Of a DNA stretch of 64,000 nt, positions 27,520 through 36,726 are shown in pieces (the first letter of the stretch is position 1; the number at the start of each line of letters is the position of its first letter). This stretch comes from a virus. The stretch spans positions 1 through 64,000 of the IMG/VR virus record IMGVR_UViG_3300010403_000002, one strand, 5' to 3'. The translations under genes were made by a program, and so were the position numbers. The notes below the pieces were generated by a model. That model saw only the letters and a program-made list of their open reading frames with translations. It did not search any database and was not told where the DNA came from.

Positions 27520-27933
27520 CTATTGCGCGTTCCGTCCAGGTCGTTTCTTCTTCAGCTTTCCTTGATACAACCGACAGCCACACGGCTCGGCGTACACACA
27601 CTTGCCAACCTGCACTTTGGTTATCTCAACTTTGTGAGTCGGGCAGATGTCGTTCTTGATGTCTTCGAAGTGCGCTTTGATCACGGCCAGTGTGCGCGCC
27701 TCGTCTGCTTCTTCCTCTTCTTTAGTGGGATAAGAAGCTTCAGTACAACACAGCCTGGCCATCACTTCTTCGCCCAGCGGCAAGCCGTGCGGTATACATG
27801 GATAAGCCAACGCGTACATTGGAGCGACAACGCCATGATCAGTTGGTTGCGCGACGGATTCATAAGGAATGCCTTTGTCGCACGTCTTGTTAGCTGTGCC
27901 GTTGAAATGGCGGCAGGTGGTTGTTTTGAGCAT
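27520..27933 (-). CDS. Cys-rich hypothetical phage protein
   Basis: CRHFNG ... CPTH ... YAEPCGCRLYQG. Confidence 0.7.
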   Translation of the reverse strand: MLKTTTCRHFNGTANKTCDKGIPYESVAQPTDHGVVAPMYALAYPCIPHGLPLGEEVMARLCCTEASYPTKEEEEADEARTLAVIKAHFEDIKNDICPTHKVEITKVQVGKCVYAEPCGCRLYQGKLKKKRPGRNAQ

Positions 27934-28123
27934 TAGGCGTCCTCCGTAAGCTGGGCAATCAATGCCTCAAGCGTGAGAATGCAAAAGCAGGCGGCAAGGT
28001 GAACTCTGTAATCATGCTCCCCGGCTAGCGCGATTAGCTCAGCGTCGCCTGCTAGGTCTATGGGCCACAGTAGATTCATCGGCATCTTCCCGGTCGGAAT
28101 ACCCCAATGCATTCCATAGATCA

Positions 28124-28693
28124 TTAGTTCACCTCTCTGCTTTCGGTTGGCACGTCGGGCAGTTCCCTACTGCCCACACCCCGCACTCCGCGCACACGAT
28201 CACGCCCGGTAGTAACAGAGCGAGGCCGTGTGCGGTTGCTTGCTGTCTGACCGCTAAGCCGTCTTGTCGAGCCTGACTGGTAGCCTGCTGCAAGATGCTC
28301 AGCGAAGCCTCTAAGTCTATCGGCCTCGTCCCGGCTCTGTTGGTGACGACCTTTGCCGCGTCGCCAGGCGAGTCGTCTTTCGACGGCGGGGGTAAGCTTC
28401 CCGCCTGGCCTAATAACTCGCTCTCTAACGAAGCGGAGCACATATCTGTAGTTTCCGCGTCCATCCTTTTCAACCCTCCATAATTCAGCCCAAGCATCAT
28501 CTTCGGGTATTTGATTTTCTGCTTTATTGTTCCAAATAACCGACAGGTCTAAGTCTTCTGTTTCCAATGTGATGATTTGCCCGGTGATTTCATCGGGTAT
28601 TTGCCTGATTACATCCCCGCCATCTGCCAGAGTAGTTGAAATACCCTCAAGCCTAGCGCCAGGCATATAATCGCCATCACCCAATGCTCCCAT
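28124..28693 (-). CDS. Hypothetical protein
   Basis: ORF in operon; overlapped by a second plausible ORF. Confidence 0.45.
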   Translation of the reverse strand: MGALGDGDYMPGARLEGISTTLADGGDVIRQIPDEITGQIITLETEDLDLSVIWNNKAENQIPEDDAWAELWRVEKDGRGNYRYVLRFVRERVIRPGGKLTPAVERRLAWRRGKGRHQQSRDEADRLRGFAEHLAAGYQSGSTRRLSGQTASNRTRPRSVTTGRDRVRGVRGVGSRELPDVPTESREVN

Positions 28694-28953
28694 GATGTTT
28701 TCACCGCGGGTGGCTGGTAAAAGGGACGCAGGCATCCCATCACATAGCCCACCAGTGCGATTAGTAAGAGTGTCGCTTTTAGTCCTGTGTCCATTGCCTT
28801 CCTTGCTCAGCCCAGAGACCAGAAGAGCGCCCGTATCATTCCTATTACAGCCAGTACCGCCGCCAAGATCAGCAACTCTCCCAGTAGTTTGTTTTGCTCG
28901 TCGTCCATCCTGGTCTCCTTCCGCCTCACCCCCAGCATCAGGAATGAGGCGCG

Positions 28954-29566
28954 TTAATTTGGGCGCTGGCCCTCCCTCTCTTCTCCATTGATGTACTGCG
29001 GCAGCGGCTCAGTGTGCCGCTCTCCCGCTCTCCCGCTCTCCCGCTTCCCTACTCCGGCCTGTGCGACCGGTTGCCGCCGTGAAGCAACCGCAAAGATCAC
29101 CATCGCCGAAGCCAATTCAAGGAAGGCGAGCAGCGCAGCATTGACCGCCACGTCATCACCGAACATCCGGTCGAGCGGGGTAGCCTCGCGTGCGCTCATC
29201 CCGATCTGGCGCGCGATGGCTTTGCTCGATGCCCTGGCCGCCGCCGCCATCCCAGCTTCGTACTTGCGCACCTGGGCAGAGTTGAAGGACTCGACGCCGG
29301 CAGCGCGCACGCCGTTGTACGCGAGATAGCCAGCGTTGGCGGAGCAGATGACCGCGAGCACGACCTTCATGAAAGTCTCACCAGGCGTCTCGACGTGGAA
29401 CAGGTAGAGCGCGGCGAGTCCCGCAATCGCTGCCGAGACCGCCACCCAGACGCCAAGCTGCGCACCGTAGACCCACCACGCGGCAACGCTGATGCCGCCG
29501 ACGAGCAGCGTGTAGATCAGCAGGAATACCACCCAATCAAACAGTGTTCTGCGGTTGTCACTCACT
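28954..29566 (-). CDS. Multi-pass membrane protein
   Basis: About 4 hydrophobic segments; RBS GGAGAGG before a GTG start. Confidence 0.65.
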
Positions 29567-29594
29567 TGTTTCCTCTCCGGCACCATGGTTGTTG

Positions 29595-29909
29595 TTAGTC
29601 TTGCTTTGGCGCGAACTTGCGCGGAAACGGTAAATCCCAATTGTCTACGACCCGTTGCCAGTCCAGATCGTCAGCCTCGGCATCGGCCTGTCCGACGCGG
29701 AGAACGCTAGCGAATTGCTCTTGAATGTGCGGCAGCAACATCGCCTCTTTGGGGAACATTCCAGCAGACGGCAAGCTTAAGAAAACGCTCGTTACCGCGC
29801 ACTCCAGGCACATGCCGTTGTCTGATTTGCGCACCGGTCGCGCTTGCTGGTTGCCGGTTTTTTCGGCTACGCATTGCTTGCCACAGCGCGGGCAGTTTTT
29901 AATGTTCAT
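29595..29909 (-). CDS. Zn-finger hypothetical protein
   Basis: CPRC ... CLEC. Confidence 0.6.
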   Translation of the reverse strand: MNIKNCPRCGKQCVAEKTGNQQARPVRKSDNGMCLECAVTSVFLSLPSAGMFPKEAMLLPHIQEQFASVLRVGQADAEADDLDWQRVVDNWDLPFPRKFAPKQD

Positions 29910-31173
29910 CGTTCTCCTTGTCGGCACCATCTTGTTCTGTTATTGCTTCGACCGCCGCTTTGATAAATTCCGCCGCTGTTTGCGGACAGATTGCATTGCC
30001 GTAGCCCCGCAAGAGTCCCACCCTGCCGGGAATCCCATTAGCCAAGCACTGAAGGCTGGATTTAACGCGCCGCGCTTTTCCGTCGAGACAATAGACGAGT
30101 TCGTAATCACTCCACGCGCCACCACATTCAAACTGACCGTTGCTTTTGTCCCGTCCGGTCGCCGCCCCGTCAACGTCGCACCCTTCGCCATTTGTGAGCC
30201 GTCTGCGTTGGCCGCCGTCGGGGTGGGCCATCCCCCTAAGATAATCCCCTGTACTTGATCTTCCAGTCTCGCCTGGCCATCGCACGCTCTCTCCGGATTC
30301 CCGTTGCCGCCGTTGTTCGCTACGCGGGGCGTCCCCCAACCAGCCAGCGTCACTTGCTGGCTTAGCGGAACACCCGTATCCCAAGGACGGGGCGGCTGAT
30401 TGCCTCTTGCCCCGTCCTGTGCTGTTGGGCTGCACCAGCCCGCCAAGACTGCCTGGTCTGCCAAGTTGATTTGATGCCCGCTCTCCATCCTGGCCAATGC
30501 TTTTGCCGGGTCCGCGTAATCCCCGCCGCGCTCGTTGCTGTCCGGTGAACGCCATCCAGTAAAGCCGCTGTCTGATGTGGGGCGCGCCGGGTTCACAATC
30601 AAATTGAGCGTAATTGCCGCTCTCGACCCACCATTCTCTAAAAACCTCTGCTGCAAGTTCTCCAAGCTCGCCGACGATAGCTTCAGCAATTCGCTCACCG
30701 ACTGTATCGGTTTTCGTGCCTGTGCCCGCAGCGCACAAATCTGCGGCCCCGACTCCATATCCCAACGTTTCCAAGTCAGCGCGTACTCTGGCGAGCCATC
30801 TACGTCCAAGCGGGCTTGCAGTTTGCTCTCCAAAGACGATTGCAGGCGCGCACTGAGCAATAAGGCTGCGGAAGTATGGCCAGAGGTGGCGCGGGTCTTC
30901 TTCGCCGCGCTGCTGGCCGGCTTGGCTGAAGGGTTGGCAGGGCGGTGAGCCTGTCCAGACGGAGCAGTTTGTGGGCCATCCGGCGAGTCGAAGAGCTTCT
31001 GACCATCCAGCAACGCCAGCAAAGAAGTGGCATTGAGTGAATCCCATAACGTCCACTGGTCTGACTTCTTGAATATCTCGCTCATCAACTTCACCATTAG
31101 GAATCAACTTCGCCTTTATCAATTCGCGCAGCCACGCGGCGGTTGGCTTGTCGTGTTCGTTGTAGTAATTCAT
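29899..31173 (-). CDS. DNA cytosine-5 methyltransferase, alpha chain
   Basis: HFFAGVAG (motif I), GSPPCQPFS (IV), GEQT (VI), HIRQRLY (VIII), GYGNAI (X). Confidence 0.9.
   Translation of the reverse strand: MNYYNEHDKPTAAWLRELIKAKLIPNGEVDERDIQEVRPVDVMGFTQCHFFAGVAGWSEALRLAGWPTNCSVWTGSPPCQPFSQAGQQRGEEDPRHLWPYFRSLIAQCAPAIVFGEQTASPLGRRWLARVRADLETLGYGVGAADLCAAGTGTKTDTVGERIAEAIVGELGELAAEVFREWWVESGNYAQFDCEPGAPHIRQRLYWMAFTGQQRARRGLRGPGKSIGQDGERASNQLGRPGSLGGLVQPNSTGRGKRQSAAPSLGYGCSAKPASDAGWLGDAPRSEQRRQRESGESVRWPGETGRSSTGDYLRGMAHPDGGQRRRLTNGEGCDVDGAATGRDKSNGQFECGGAWSDYELVYCLDGKARRVKSSLQCLANGIPGRVGLLRGYGNAICPQTAAEFIKAAVEAITEQDGADKENDEH
29940..31085 (-). CDS. Overlapping alternative-frame beta chain of the C5 methyltransferase
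   Basis: Nested ORF with WxTP/WxSP repeats and RGALNPAFSAWLMGFP (motif IX), as in M.EcoHK31I-type enzymes. Confidence 0.75.
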   Translation of the reverse strand: MSEIFKKSDQWTLWDSLNATSLLALLDGQKLFDSPDGPQTAPSGQAHRPANPSAKPASSAAKKTRATSGHTSAALLLSARLQSSLESKLQARLDVDGSPEYALTWKRWDMESGPQICALRAQARKPIQSVSELLKLSSASLENLQQRFLENGGSRAAITLNLIVNPARPTSDSGFTGWRSPDSNERGGDYADPAKALARMESGHQINLADQAVLAGWCSPTAQDGARGNQPPRPWDTGVPLSQQVTLAGWGTPRVANNGGNGNPERACDGQARLEDQVQGIILGGWPTPTAANADGSQMAKGATLTGRRPDGTKATVSLNVVARGVITNSSIVSTEKRGALNPAFSAWLMGFPAGWDSCGATAMQSVRKQRRNLSKRRSKQ

Positions 31174-31224
31174 CTTGTTGCTCTTCATCCCGGCGCACGT
31201 CTTCGTGCGCCAGCCAGTCGGCGC

Positions 31225-31509
31225 TCATTCTGTTTTCGCTCCAACCAAGCTGGCGGGATCGGCGCAGAGGTTGAGCCAGTATTCCTTATCTGCGAGCGGC
31301 ATCACCAGGTCGGCCTTGATGGCGTCAGCAAAATCAATCTGGAAATCAACCGGCAACATTGCCTTGCGAATCACAGCCACGGCATTGTTAGCGAATTCCT
31401 CCAACTCGCCGCCTTTCAGAGCGCCAGCCTGGGCGAGCAGGTCACAGGCACGCTCAATGCCGTCGTTGAAGATCGCGTTGTAGAGTGGGTTGTGCAGTTT
31501 TTCGATCAT
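31225..31509 (-). CDS. Hypothetical protein
   Basis: RBS AGGAGG, operon context. Confidence 0.6.
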   Translation of the reverse strand: MIEKLHNPLYNAIFNDGIERACDLLAQAGALKGGELEEFANNAVAVIRKAMLPVDFQIDFADAIKADLVMPLADKEYWLNLCADPASLVGAKTE

Positions 31510-31519
31510 GTGTCCTCCT

Positions 31520-32368
31520 TTATGCGTTGCGGTCTGCCGGTTTCACGGAGGGCATCTGGCAAACGCGCAAATCCAGCGGCCATTCGCTCCAATCGCCGCC
31601 CTTGCGGTCTTCGTACCGATACTTGAACACCAGCTCTGTCTTGAAAGAGGAGGCAGGCGGGATCATTTCAATCGGATTTGCGCCAAGCTGCTTCACAAAG
31701 CAAGCCACGTCCTGCGCCTTACACTGCGCGACGATTGAACGCGCCCAGCGCAGATCGAATGGACGCGCACCGTGGCCAGATTCCCCGCCAACGATTATTT
31801 GACTTAGCCAGCTAGCAGCTAGCTCCAAATCAATTTCGCCTAGTAAAGGTTCGCACGATACGAACCAGACAACGGGCAGATTCCACAATCCCGGCTGGTT
31901 CAGAATCGCCCGCGTCCGCTTGTCAAACCATTCTTGATTTTCTGCTGTGAAGCCGAGCCAGACATTCGGATAAGTTGCGCGGCTGAAGTCGGCGGGCAGG
32001 CAAGATAAGATTCTATCGGCGCGCTTTGTGAGCAATTGCCAGTCAAGCCAGGGAGTCGCCTTTATCAGCGGCCAGAGCTTCGCCCGTTCTTGCTCAATCG
32101 TCGGGTGATCCTCGAACACGTCCGCCATACTTGAACAAAACACCCGACGGCGAACACCCTCACGCTCAGCCTTCGCGTTCCATTTCAAAGGCTCGCGCCA
32201 GTGCTTTTCGCCGAACGTGCGCCGCTCAGCTTTCGGCCCCCAGCCAACGCCGTAACGCTTTGCCCACGTCTCTGCATAGCAATGCTCGCAAGCGGGAGAC
32301 ATGCGAGTACACCCCCAGGCAATGTTAAAAGTGTGATCCGTCCACTGGATTGCTGTTTTCTCTCCCAT
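31520..32368 (-). CDS. Phage Gp37/Gp68 (DUF5131) family protein
   Basis: IQWTDHTFN, GCTRMSPACEHCYA, VFCSSMADVF, IVGGESG. Confidence 0.9.
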   Translation of the reverse strand: MGEKTAIQWTDHTFNIAWGCTRMSPACEHCYAETWAKRYGVGWGPKAERRTFGEKHWREPLKWNAKAEREGVRRRVFCSSMADVFEDHPTIEQERAKLWPLIKATPWLDWQLLTKRADRILSCLPADFSRATYPNVWLGFTAENQEWFDKRTRAILNQPGLWNLPVVWFVSCEPLLGEIDLELAASWLSQIIVGGESGHGARPFDLRWARSIVAQCKAQDVACFVKQLGANPIEMIPPASSFKTELVFKYRYEDRKGGDWSEWPLDLRVCQMPSVKPADRNA

Positions 32369-32465
32369 TTAAGTAGTCTCCTGTTCAGCGCGCTCGCAGA
32401 ATGCGCGCATCGTCTCGATGATGCGGGCGGCGAGTTGTTCAGCTTGTGCGAGTTTCATTACTTAC

Positions 32466-33551
32466 CTAAAAGCCAAACCCGATGTTGGTCTGGCAGCGTT
32501 GCTCGATCAGCTTGATGTACTCAGGATTGAGTTCGATCAGAATTGCGCGACGACCATTTTCAATAGCGACCTTGCCGGTTGTACCGCTGCCCGCGAACGG
32601 GTCAATCACTGTGCCGTCTTTTGGACATCCAGCAAGAATACAAGGGCGTATCAAGTCGGGCGGGAAGGTGGCGAAGTGCGCACCTTTGTAACCTTTCGTC
32701 GTGACGGTCCAGACGCTTTTCTTATTCGCCATTACCCCGCCACGCGGCGAACCGTCAGCGTTGAAATATCCGCTATGACCCTGTGACGCCGGAGCGCCGC
32801 CCGCCATCTTTGGCGTCCATTCTTTGCCTGACTGTAGGCGCGTATCCGGGCATTGTTTGTTGCCGCCGAACTTCACCGCCTTCATTGCGCCATTCGTCTT
32901 ACCCGGCACACGATCACTGCCCTTCTGATTCTCTACGTCCTGAATTAAGCGCGCCGCACTGGTGTCTTTGATTGGCTCTTTAATTGATTCCTGGTCGAAG
33001 TAGTACCGCGGCGATTTGCTTAGCAAGAAGATTTGTTCGTGCGATTTTGTGCATCGGTCGGTAACTGATTCGGGCATCGGGTTCGGCTTGTGCCAGATGA
33101 TTTCCTGCCGCAAATACCAGCCATCAGTACGCAGTGCGAAGGCAACCATCCAAGGGATTCCGATGAGGTCTTTTGCCTTCAGGCCTCGAGTGCCACTGCG
33201 GTCAGCCATTGCTGGCTTAAATGTCCCGTAACGATCTTTGCGGCGCTTGTCCAGCGCCTTCGCACTTGTACTGCCCGCTGCAACGTAATTACCCCAACTG
33301 CCCGAGTAGCTATCTCCAAGGTTCACCCAGAGTGTCCCGTCTGTGCGCAGAACGCGCCACACTTCTCGGAATACCTCAACCAATCTAGCAACATAAAGCT
33401 CCGGCGTTTCTTCCATACCAATCTGCTCTTTTCTTCCGTAATCCCGTAAACCAAAGTACGGCGGACTTGTGACGCAGCACTGCGCACTGCCAGCTTCAAG
33501 CTGTGACAGTTTTTCGAGCGCGTCGCCTTGAAGAATAGTGAGCAGGTTCAT
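32466..33551 (-). CDS. Site-specific DNA methyltransferase (N4C/N6A, beta class)
   Basis: TSPPY before DPFAGSGTT; HFATFP. Confidence 0.92.
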   Translation of the reverse strand: MNLLTILQGDALEKLSQLEAGSAQCCVTSPPYFGLRDYGRKEQIGMEETPELYVARLVEVFREVWRVLRTDGTLWVNLGDSYSGSWGNYVAAGSTSAKALDKRRKDRYGTFKPAMADRSGTRGLKAKDLIGIPWMVAFALRTDGWYLRQEIIWHKPNPMPESVTDRCTKSHEQIFLLSKSPRYYFDQESIKEPIKDTSAARLIQDVENQKGSDRVPGKTNGAMKAVKFGGNKQCPDTRLQSGKEWTPKMAGGAPASQGHSGYFNADGSPRGGVMANKKSVWTVTTKGYKGAHFATFPPDLIRPCILAGCPKDGTVIDPFAGSGTTGKVAIENGRRAILIELNPEYIKLIEQRCQTNIGFGF

Positions 33552-34090
33552 TGCTCCAGCGCCCCCTCCCAAGCTTCGTTTGTGACTCCGAGATACCACA
33601 GCAATACCTCGCGCGCTTTTTCCCAGCCGTTGCACACGCACACGCAGTAGCCTTGCTCCGATAGCCTAGTAATCCAGTTCCGCTGTGATAGGCTCACATC
33701 TGAAGCAGTGGCGCTTTGGCGCTTCAGCTCGATGTACAGGCCGTGAAACCCGCGCGCGGCGACCGGCAAGAAAATATCCAACACTCCGGCTTTAACGCCT
33801 TCAGCGCGCAGCTTGCCTGCTACAGCCTTGCGCCGATGCCCCCCGTTTGGGATAGCGTAAGCAAGATCGAGCGCGGGCAAGGTTTGCTTTTGTCCTTCCA
33901 TCCAGTTGAAAAGCATTACCTGCTCTTCGTGCTCGGTTGGGCATTTGCGCCGCTGCTCACTCATCTCTTTAGCCACGCGATCAATCCCCGCACGCCCAAC
34001 GGCGGCAGGAGACAGACCGGGCACCTTACGCCCAAACTTCGCTTGGTGCGCGGCGGCAAGCTCTTCTGTGATGCCGTAACTTCTGCTCAT
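33548..34090 (-). CDS. VRR-NUC nuclease
   Basis: EHEEQ, AIPNGG, GVKAGVLD, YIELK. Confidence 0.9.
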   Translation of the reverse strand: MSRSYGITEELAAAHQAKFGRKVPGLSPAAVGRAGIDRVAKEMSEQRRKCPTEHEEQVMLFNWMEGQKQTLPALDLAYAIPNGGHRRKAVAGKLRAEGVKAGVLDIFLPVAARGFHGLYIELKRQSATASDVSLSQRNWITRLSEQGYCVCVCNGWEKAREVLLWYLGVTNEAWEGALEQ

Positions 34091-34093
34091 TGG

Positions 34094-34531
34094 CTAGTTG
34101 CCCGCCGAAGTTTCGCCAAGCGCGGGCAGTAGCTTCTGCACTTGCCCGGTCAGATACATTTGCTCGACAGCCTCTTGAGTTTCCTCGTAAATCGTCTTAC
34201 CACTTGGCAATACGACGAACGCATAAAACTCCTGTTCAAAACTCACTGTGCCGTTTTCGACAAGATCGAGCTTGGCCTTAATGCCGAGCGCTAGGCTGCG
34301 CCAGCGCTGCCGCGTTGCCTGCTCAAAAGCGGCCTGCGAGTAATATGTGTCGCGCACGGGCATCTCTTGAATGTACTTGACCTGGCGATTTTTCATCTTG
34401 AACTGAATCAAGACTCGGTTGTCATCCCAGCCGTACATGAAGCCCGTTGCACCGTAGCGGATCAGCGTGCGCTCTATTTCGGTGCGCGATTTCTCAGGGC
34501 TGACTTGTGTTTTTGCTGCAAACTTAGCCAT
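34094..34531 (-). CDS. Conserved hypothetical phage protein
   Basis: SRTEIERTLIRYGA ... RQRWRSL ... FEQEF. Confidence 0.75.
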   Translation of the reverse strand: MAKFAAKTQVSPEKSRTEIERTLIRYGATGFMYGWDDNRVLIQFKMKNRQVKYIQEMPVRDTYYSQAAFEQATRQRWRSLALGIKAKLDLVENGTVSFEQEFYAFVVLPSGKTIYEETQEAVEQMYLTGQVQKLLPALGETSAGN

Positions 34532-34889
34532 TGGTCTTTCCTTCTCCTGCTTTGTCCGGCTGGTGCTCGTCCAAAATGCGCTCAATGTGGTCACGCATCG
34601 GCTCTTCGGCCCAGCCGTCACCACTGTCTTTGCCTGCCATCCAAAGAACCAAGCGGTGCGCACGTTGGCCATTGCCGTCCGTGAAGAGGTGATGCGCGAT
34701 TTCGGTTGCTAGGTCATGGTTATTCATCGTTTCACCGCCTCGCGTTGCTCATTGGCTTCCTGCGCCATCTCCGCTCTCACTTTCGGCGCGCACTCCCAGC
34801 AGTACCGCATTGCCTCAATGATGCGCTCGCAATCAATGCAGACAGGTGCGAAGCATTCATCGCACTCGTCCAGGAACCCGTCACCTTCG

Positions 34890-35336
34890 TTACACGTTGG
34901 ACACATCGTGTTCCTCCTGCTGTTCCGTTTCTTGTGGTGTCTCGGGTGCTGGCGACAGGTCGCACTCCGGCATCTTAATTGCCGTTTGTTTAATTTGATG
35001 TACCTCGCACACTAACTCGGCGACAACTGAATGGCGCGTGATATTACTCGCCCCGTCTTTCACGTAGACTTCCATTTCATCAATAAGACCATCCCCGTTG
35101 TGGCACTTCATATCGAGGTACTTTTCGGCAGCGTCTTGGGCGTCCCGCGCGTGAATCCCCCTGCACCATTCAATCTCATCAAACTCCGCTTGGGTAAGCT
35201 CACTGATCTCGCGTTTGTCTTTATGGCCAAACCACTCCTTACGATTGACGCAACGAAATAAAGGCGCGCATTTGTGGCTCCCCCGCCAATCCCAATCACC
35301 ACAAGAAGAACATTTGATAAAATTCGATTCGCTCAT
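34890..35336 (-). CDS. Hypothetical protein with N-terminal CxxC
   Basis: ORF with RBS GGAG. Confidence 0.6.
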   Translation of the reverse strand: MSESNFIKCSSCGDWDWRGSHKCAPLFRCVNRKEWFGHKDKREISELTQAEFDEIEWCRGIHARDAQDAAEKYLDMKCHNGDGLIDEMEVYVKDGASNITRHSVVAELVCEVHQIKQTAIKMPECDLSPAPETPQETEQQEEHDVSNV

Positions 35337-35364
35337 AATTTTCTCCGCCGTGTTTTGTTGTTGA

Positions 35365-36096
35365 TTATTCGTGTGCTTCTTTATCAGGTTGCTGCTCGGG
35401 TGCGCGCCTCTCGGCTGCCCGCTCCGCCGCGCGTGTTATCGTCACTTCCAGTCCGTCGTAAGCAGCCTTTGGTAAGTCCTGCCCAAGCCGGAGGAGTAAT
35501 TCATCCGGCGAAATAAAAGTCCGCGAACTTACGCTGAATGCAGCGCGGATAATGTCGTCAGCCTTCGTGCCAACCGGCAGCGCCAACTGGCCGCGCTTGA
35601 TTTCCAGCCACTCCATTAGGTTTTGATTGCTGAACAGATTCGCCGCTACTACTTCTTTCCAGAATTGCCCATGCTCGCCTTTGGCAGGTCTCAGCTTCGG
35701 CTCTTTCTTCGTCCGGCTCTCTTTCTCGGTCAGCGGCTCGCCGGTCTTATCGCCCTTCTGCACTTCGACCTCGAATACAGCGTCGGGTAAATCGAAAAAC
35801 CTAGCCGTCTGCACACGCTCGGAAAGTGGTGCATCAAAGCGCGCCTTGAAGCGCTTACGCCCGCCAAGTGCTGTTTTGTGCGGTGGAATGCTGGCGCGGA
35901 AACGAATAGCCGTTGGTAGATGCGCGTCGTGTCGCACGGTCAGCGTGAGCAGTCCGTTGCCGCAATCAAAGAGGCGTCTGGCAGCGAGCACGTGAGATTG
36001 CTCAATTACGAAGATCACGCACATTTCGCCGTCACCGCCCGTCAGGTTGCGGTCGGAGTTGTCGAGCTTGGCGTTGAAGATGATCGGTTCGCTCAC
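35365..36096 (-). CDS. Hypothetical protein
   Basis: ORF with RBS GGAGG before a GTG start. Confidence 0.65.
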   Translation of the reverse strand: MSEPIIFNAKLDNSDRNLTGGDGEMCVIFVIEQSHVLAARRLFDCGNGLLTLTVRHDAHLPTAIRFRASIPPHKTALGGRKRFKARFDAPLSERVQTARFFDLPDAVFEVEVQKGDKTGEPLTEKESRTKKEPKLRPAKGEHGQFWKEVVAANLFSNQNLMEWLEIKRGQLALPVGTKADDIIRAAFSVSSRTFISPDELLLRLGQDLPKAAYDGLEVTITRAAERAAERRAPEQQPDKEAHE

Positions 36097-36536
36097 TGTG
36101 TTACCTCCCATAAAGCTTTCTGCTCAGTTGGCGCTTTATCAACGCGCGGCCTGCTCTCTCGACTCCAAGAGCCACCACCGGCAACCCCCAACTCTTTGTA
36201 GCCAGCAGCTCGCAAAGAAGCCCCGCCTTCGCTGGGCAGCGTGTATGTGATCAGGCGGCGATAACCCAACGCGAATACAGCGCGACGAACTGCGCCAAGT
36301 AGGAACGAGGCGGCGTTATGCGTGCCATCAGTGCAGAGCCGCGTGAGTTCCATCGTCCAGCCATCGTCAGACATGCGCGCGGTTGGTCTACTGACCACTG
36401 CCACGCCGACGACTTTCTCGCCGTCGCTCGCTCCGACACCGAACTTCCAGCCAATCGGCGGTAAGTGATGACGATGGTGTTGCGCGATAAACGTGCAAGC
36501 CTCGTCAAAGTTGATTGGCTGTAGTTGCAAAGCCAT
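36093..36536 (-). CDS. XF1762/Mom-like GNAT DNA-modification protein
   Basis: FIAQHHRHH, ELTRLC, LITYTLPSEGGASLRAAG. Confidence 0.8.
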   Translation of the reverse strand: MALQLQPINFDEACTFIAQHHRHHLPPIGWKFGVGASDGEKVVGVAVVSRPTARMSDDGWTMELTRLCTDGTHNAASFLLGAVRRAVFALGYRRLITYTLPSEGGASLRAAGYKELGVAGGGSWSRESRPRVDKAPTEQKALWEVTQ

Positions 36537-36726
36537 CGCTAAAACATCCCCACTGCTGCTTTGCGCTCACTCTGGTAAATCTCTTCGCAATCAGCCCGCC
36601 TGCGCTCGGAGTCGCGGAAGACGGCGTTGCGAATGTCTTGCAACAACGTGAGCGTTTCTTGCTGGTCTTGTCGCTGCGCCAGGACAATGCGCTCGTCCAG
36701 ATAGTCGAGCATTTCCGTTGTACTAC

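Noticed and set aside
30589-30723. Intein in the methyltransferase
   Set aside because: Too short and lacks the His-Asn C-terminal splice motif.
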